A stretch of DNA of 64,000 nucleotides from Octopus vulgaris (taxonomy: Eukaryota), in contig OX597828.1 in assembly GCA_951406725.2 (NCBI GenBank), positions 77,872,001 to 77,936,000 of the forward strand, given 5' to 3'. Below the pieces are notes generated by a model that was not told where the DNA came from, did no database searches, and saw only the letters and a list, made by a program, of their open reading frames with translations. The position numbers and the translations under genes are program-made. Below, in pieces: positions 62,717-64,000 of the stretch. Each line of letters begins with the position of its first letter. The first letter of the stretch is position 1.

Positions 62717-63029
62717 ACACACACTTCTGACAATTGGAATGGGTATTCTTGTAGGTTAATTCGGATCTTTTCGGTTTGAACGGCAGTTTTTAACATAATT
62801 TCTAGGTAACTAAAAAGTTTTAAACTTCGTATACTGGTAGAATGTGTTTATAAAATATCTTTTTCTCTTGGCTTTATTGAGAAAATTCTATAGTTTGGAA
62901 GATATTTGTTGTTTTTTTTCTTCAATTTCTGCAATTTTTCTGTATTTTTTTAAAACTCTGTATATGGTGTATATATTGCATTTTAAACTCTGCGTATGTG
63001 TGTATAAAATGTATATATTGTATTATCAC

Positions 63030-64000
63030 TGTCCCTTGTCTCCCCCGAGGCATTGTCTCCCAGAAGAAGCGGAGGAACCATTTGGTCAACAGCTCAAATG
63101 GAATTTCGTGATCATTGGGACCCCGGTTTGGTTAATGACCGAGCAGAGGCGTAAGAACCAGTCTCCTCCTCATCGTCTATCAATGGGTGCGACTCCCTGA
63201 TCTTGCTCTGCTGCCTTGTAGGTAGACTTTTTAGTCAAAGGCTCCAGGTGGGGTCTCCTAAGCTAACCCCCTACTCCGGCCTAGGCAACCGGGTAGTATA
63301 CACCTACTGAAAACCATGGATCCTTTTCTCTCTTTCACCATGGTTTGGATGGCACAGGCAGGAGGGGTTCGTCAGCCATGGTTGGCAACCCTCCTAGGAG
63401 AGAATAACTCCGACTTCAAACCTAGGGCCCGAGGTTTGTCACCATCCCAGCTTGCTAGGCCATGGCAGATGAACCTCATGCTTAAAGGGTGGGGCCAGTT
63501 TGCGCACACTGCACTTCACCTTAAAAAACTCCCTAGCGCAGGCCAAAGGACATGTCCACGTTCTGTGACCAGCCATCCTAAAAGCCCTGCAGCGATGGGA
63601 AAGGGGCGAAAGTGGAAGATGTCACTGAAAGCCGTAGTCTCAACCCTACATATAGGCGGCTCAGAACGTTGGTCGCCTGGTTGTCGATCTGGAGGTGACG
63701 ACACCACTTGGCAGCATCCTGAGCGACCAAGCAGCCCTATTTAGGGAGAGCACTGCCTGCTCCACATGGAGAGGGGCAGTAGAAAAGGTTCGCCTAAACA
63801 AAGCTCGTCTCCTCTATACCCAGTTGGCTAACCGCAGTCAACGGGCATCTTCAGAGCGGTCGAACAAACATGGAAACAAAACCGAAGAAAAGTAAAAAGG
63901 AGTTGAAAGTTGCCTGCTGGAATGTCAGGACCACGCTTGACAAGGCTGACAGCAGCCGCCCGGAACGTCATTCGGCTCTCATAGCCCATGAACTCTCCCG
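63030..64000 (+). mobile_element. RTE-BovB-like LINE 5' end (long GC-richer 5'UTR plus ORF start)
   Basis: ORF from ATG 63870: METKPKKSKKELKVACWNVRTTLDKADSSRPERHSALIAHELS.., the APE N-terminal WNVRT/RPER signature; runs off the window. Confidence 0.85.

Overview
AT-rich, microsatellite- and retroelement-dense metazoan genomic DNA. The repeat landscape suggests a coleoid cephalopod such as Octopus (inference only). Two spliced minus-strand host genes can be rebuilt by hand. (1) GEN1, the XPG/Rad2-family Holliday-junction resolvase: nine phase-consistent coding exons from 27990 to 3203, continuing past the window start, with a likely 5'UTR exon and promoter near 29.8-29.95 kb. (2) A small THAP zinc-finger gene: exons at 61604-61540, 51571-51298 and 49610-49412, plus two tentative 3' exons. 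Introns and intergenic DNA contain RTE LINEs (one near-intact 954-codon ORF with an internal PHD-like finger), RTE-BovB, CR1, Tx1-like and Gypsy fragments, three tRNA-derived SINE families and DNA-transposon MITEs. The main signal not explained by the ORF track is a set of 11 minimal type-I hammerhead ribozyme motifs in six unrelated, non-coding, mostly fold-back elements, usually in or beside (TA)n or other microsatellites. One family carries a tRNA-type Pol III head. These look like non-autonomous Penelope-like/retrozyme-type elements. All coordinates were read by eye; repeat boundaries are approximate and no database searches were run.
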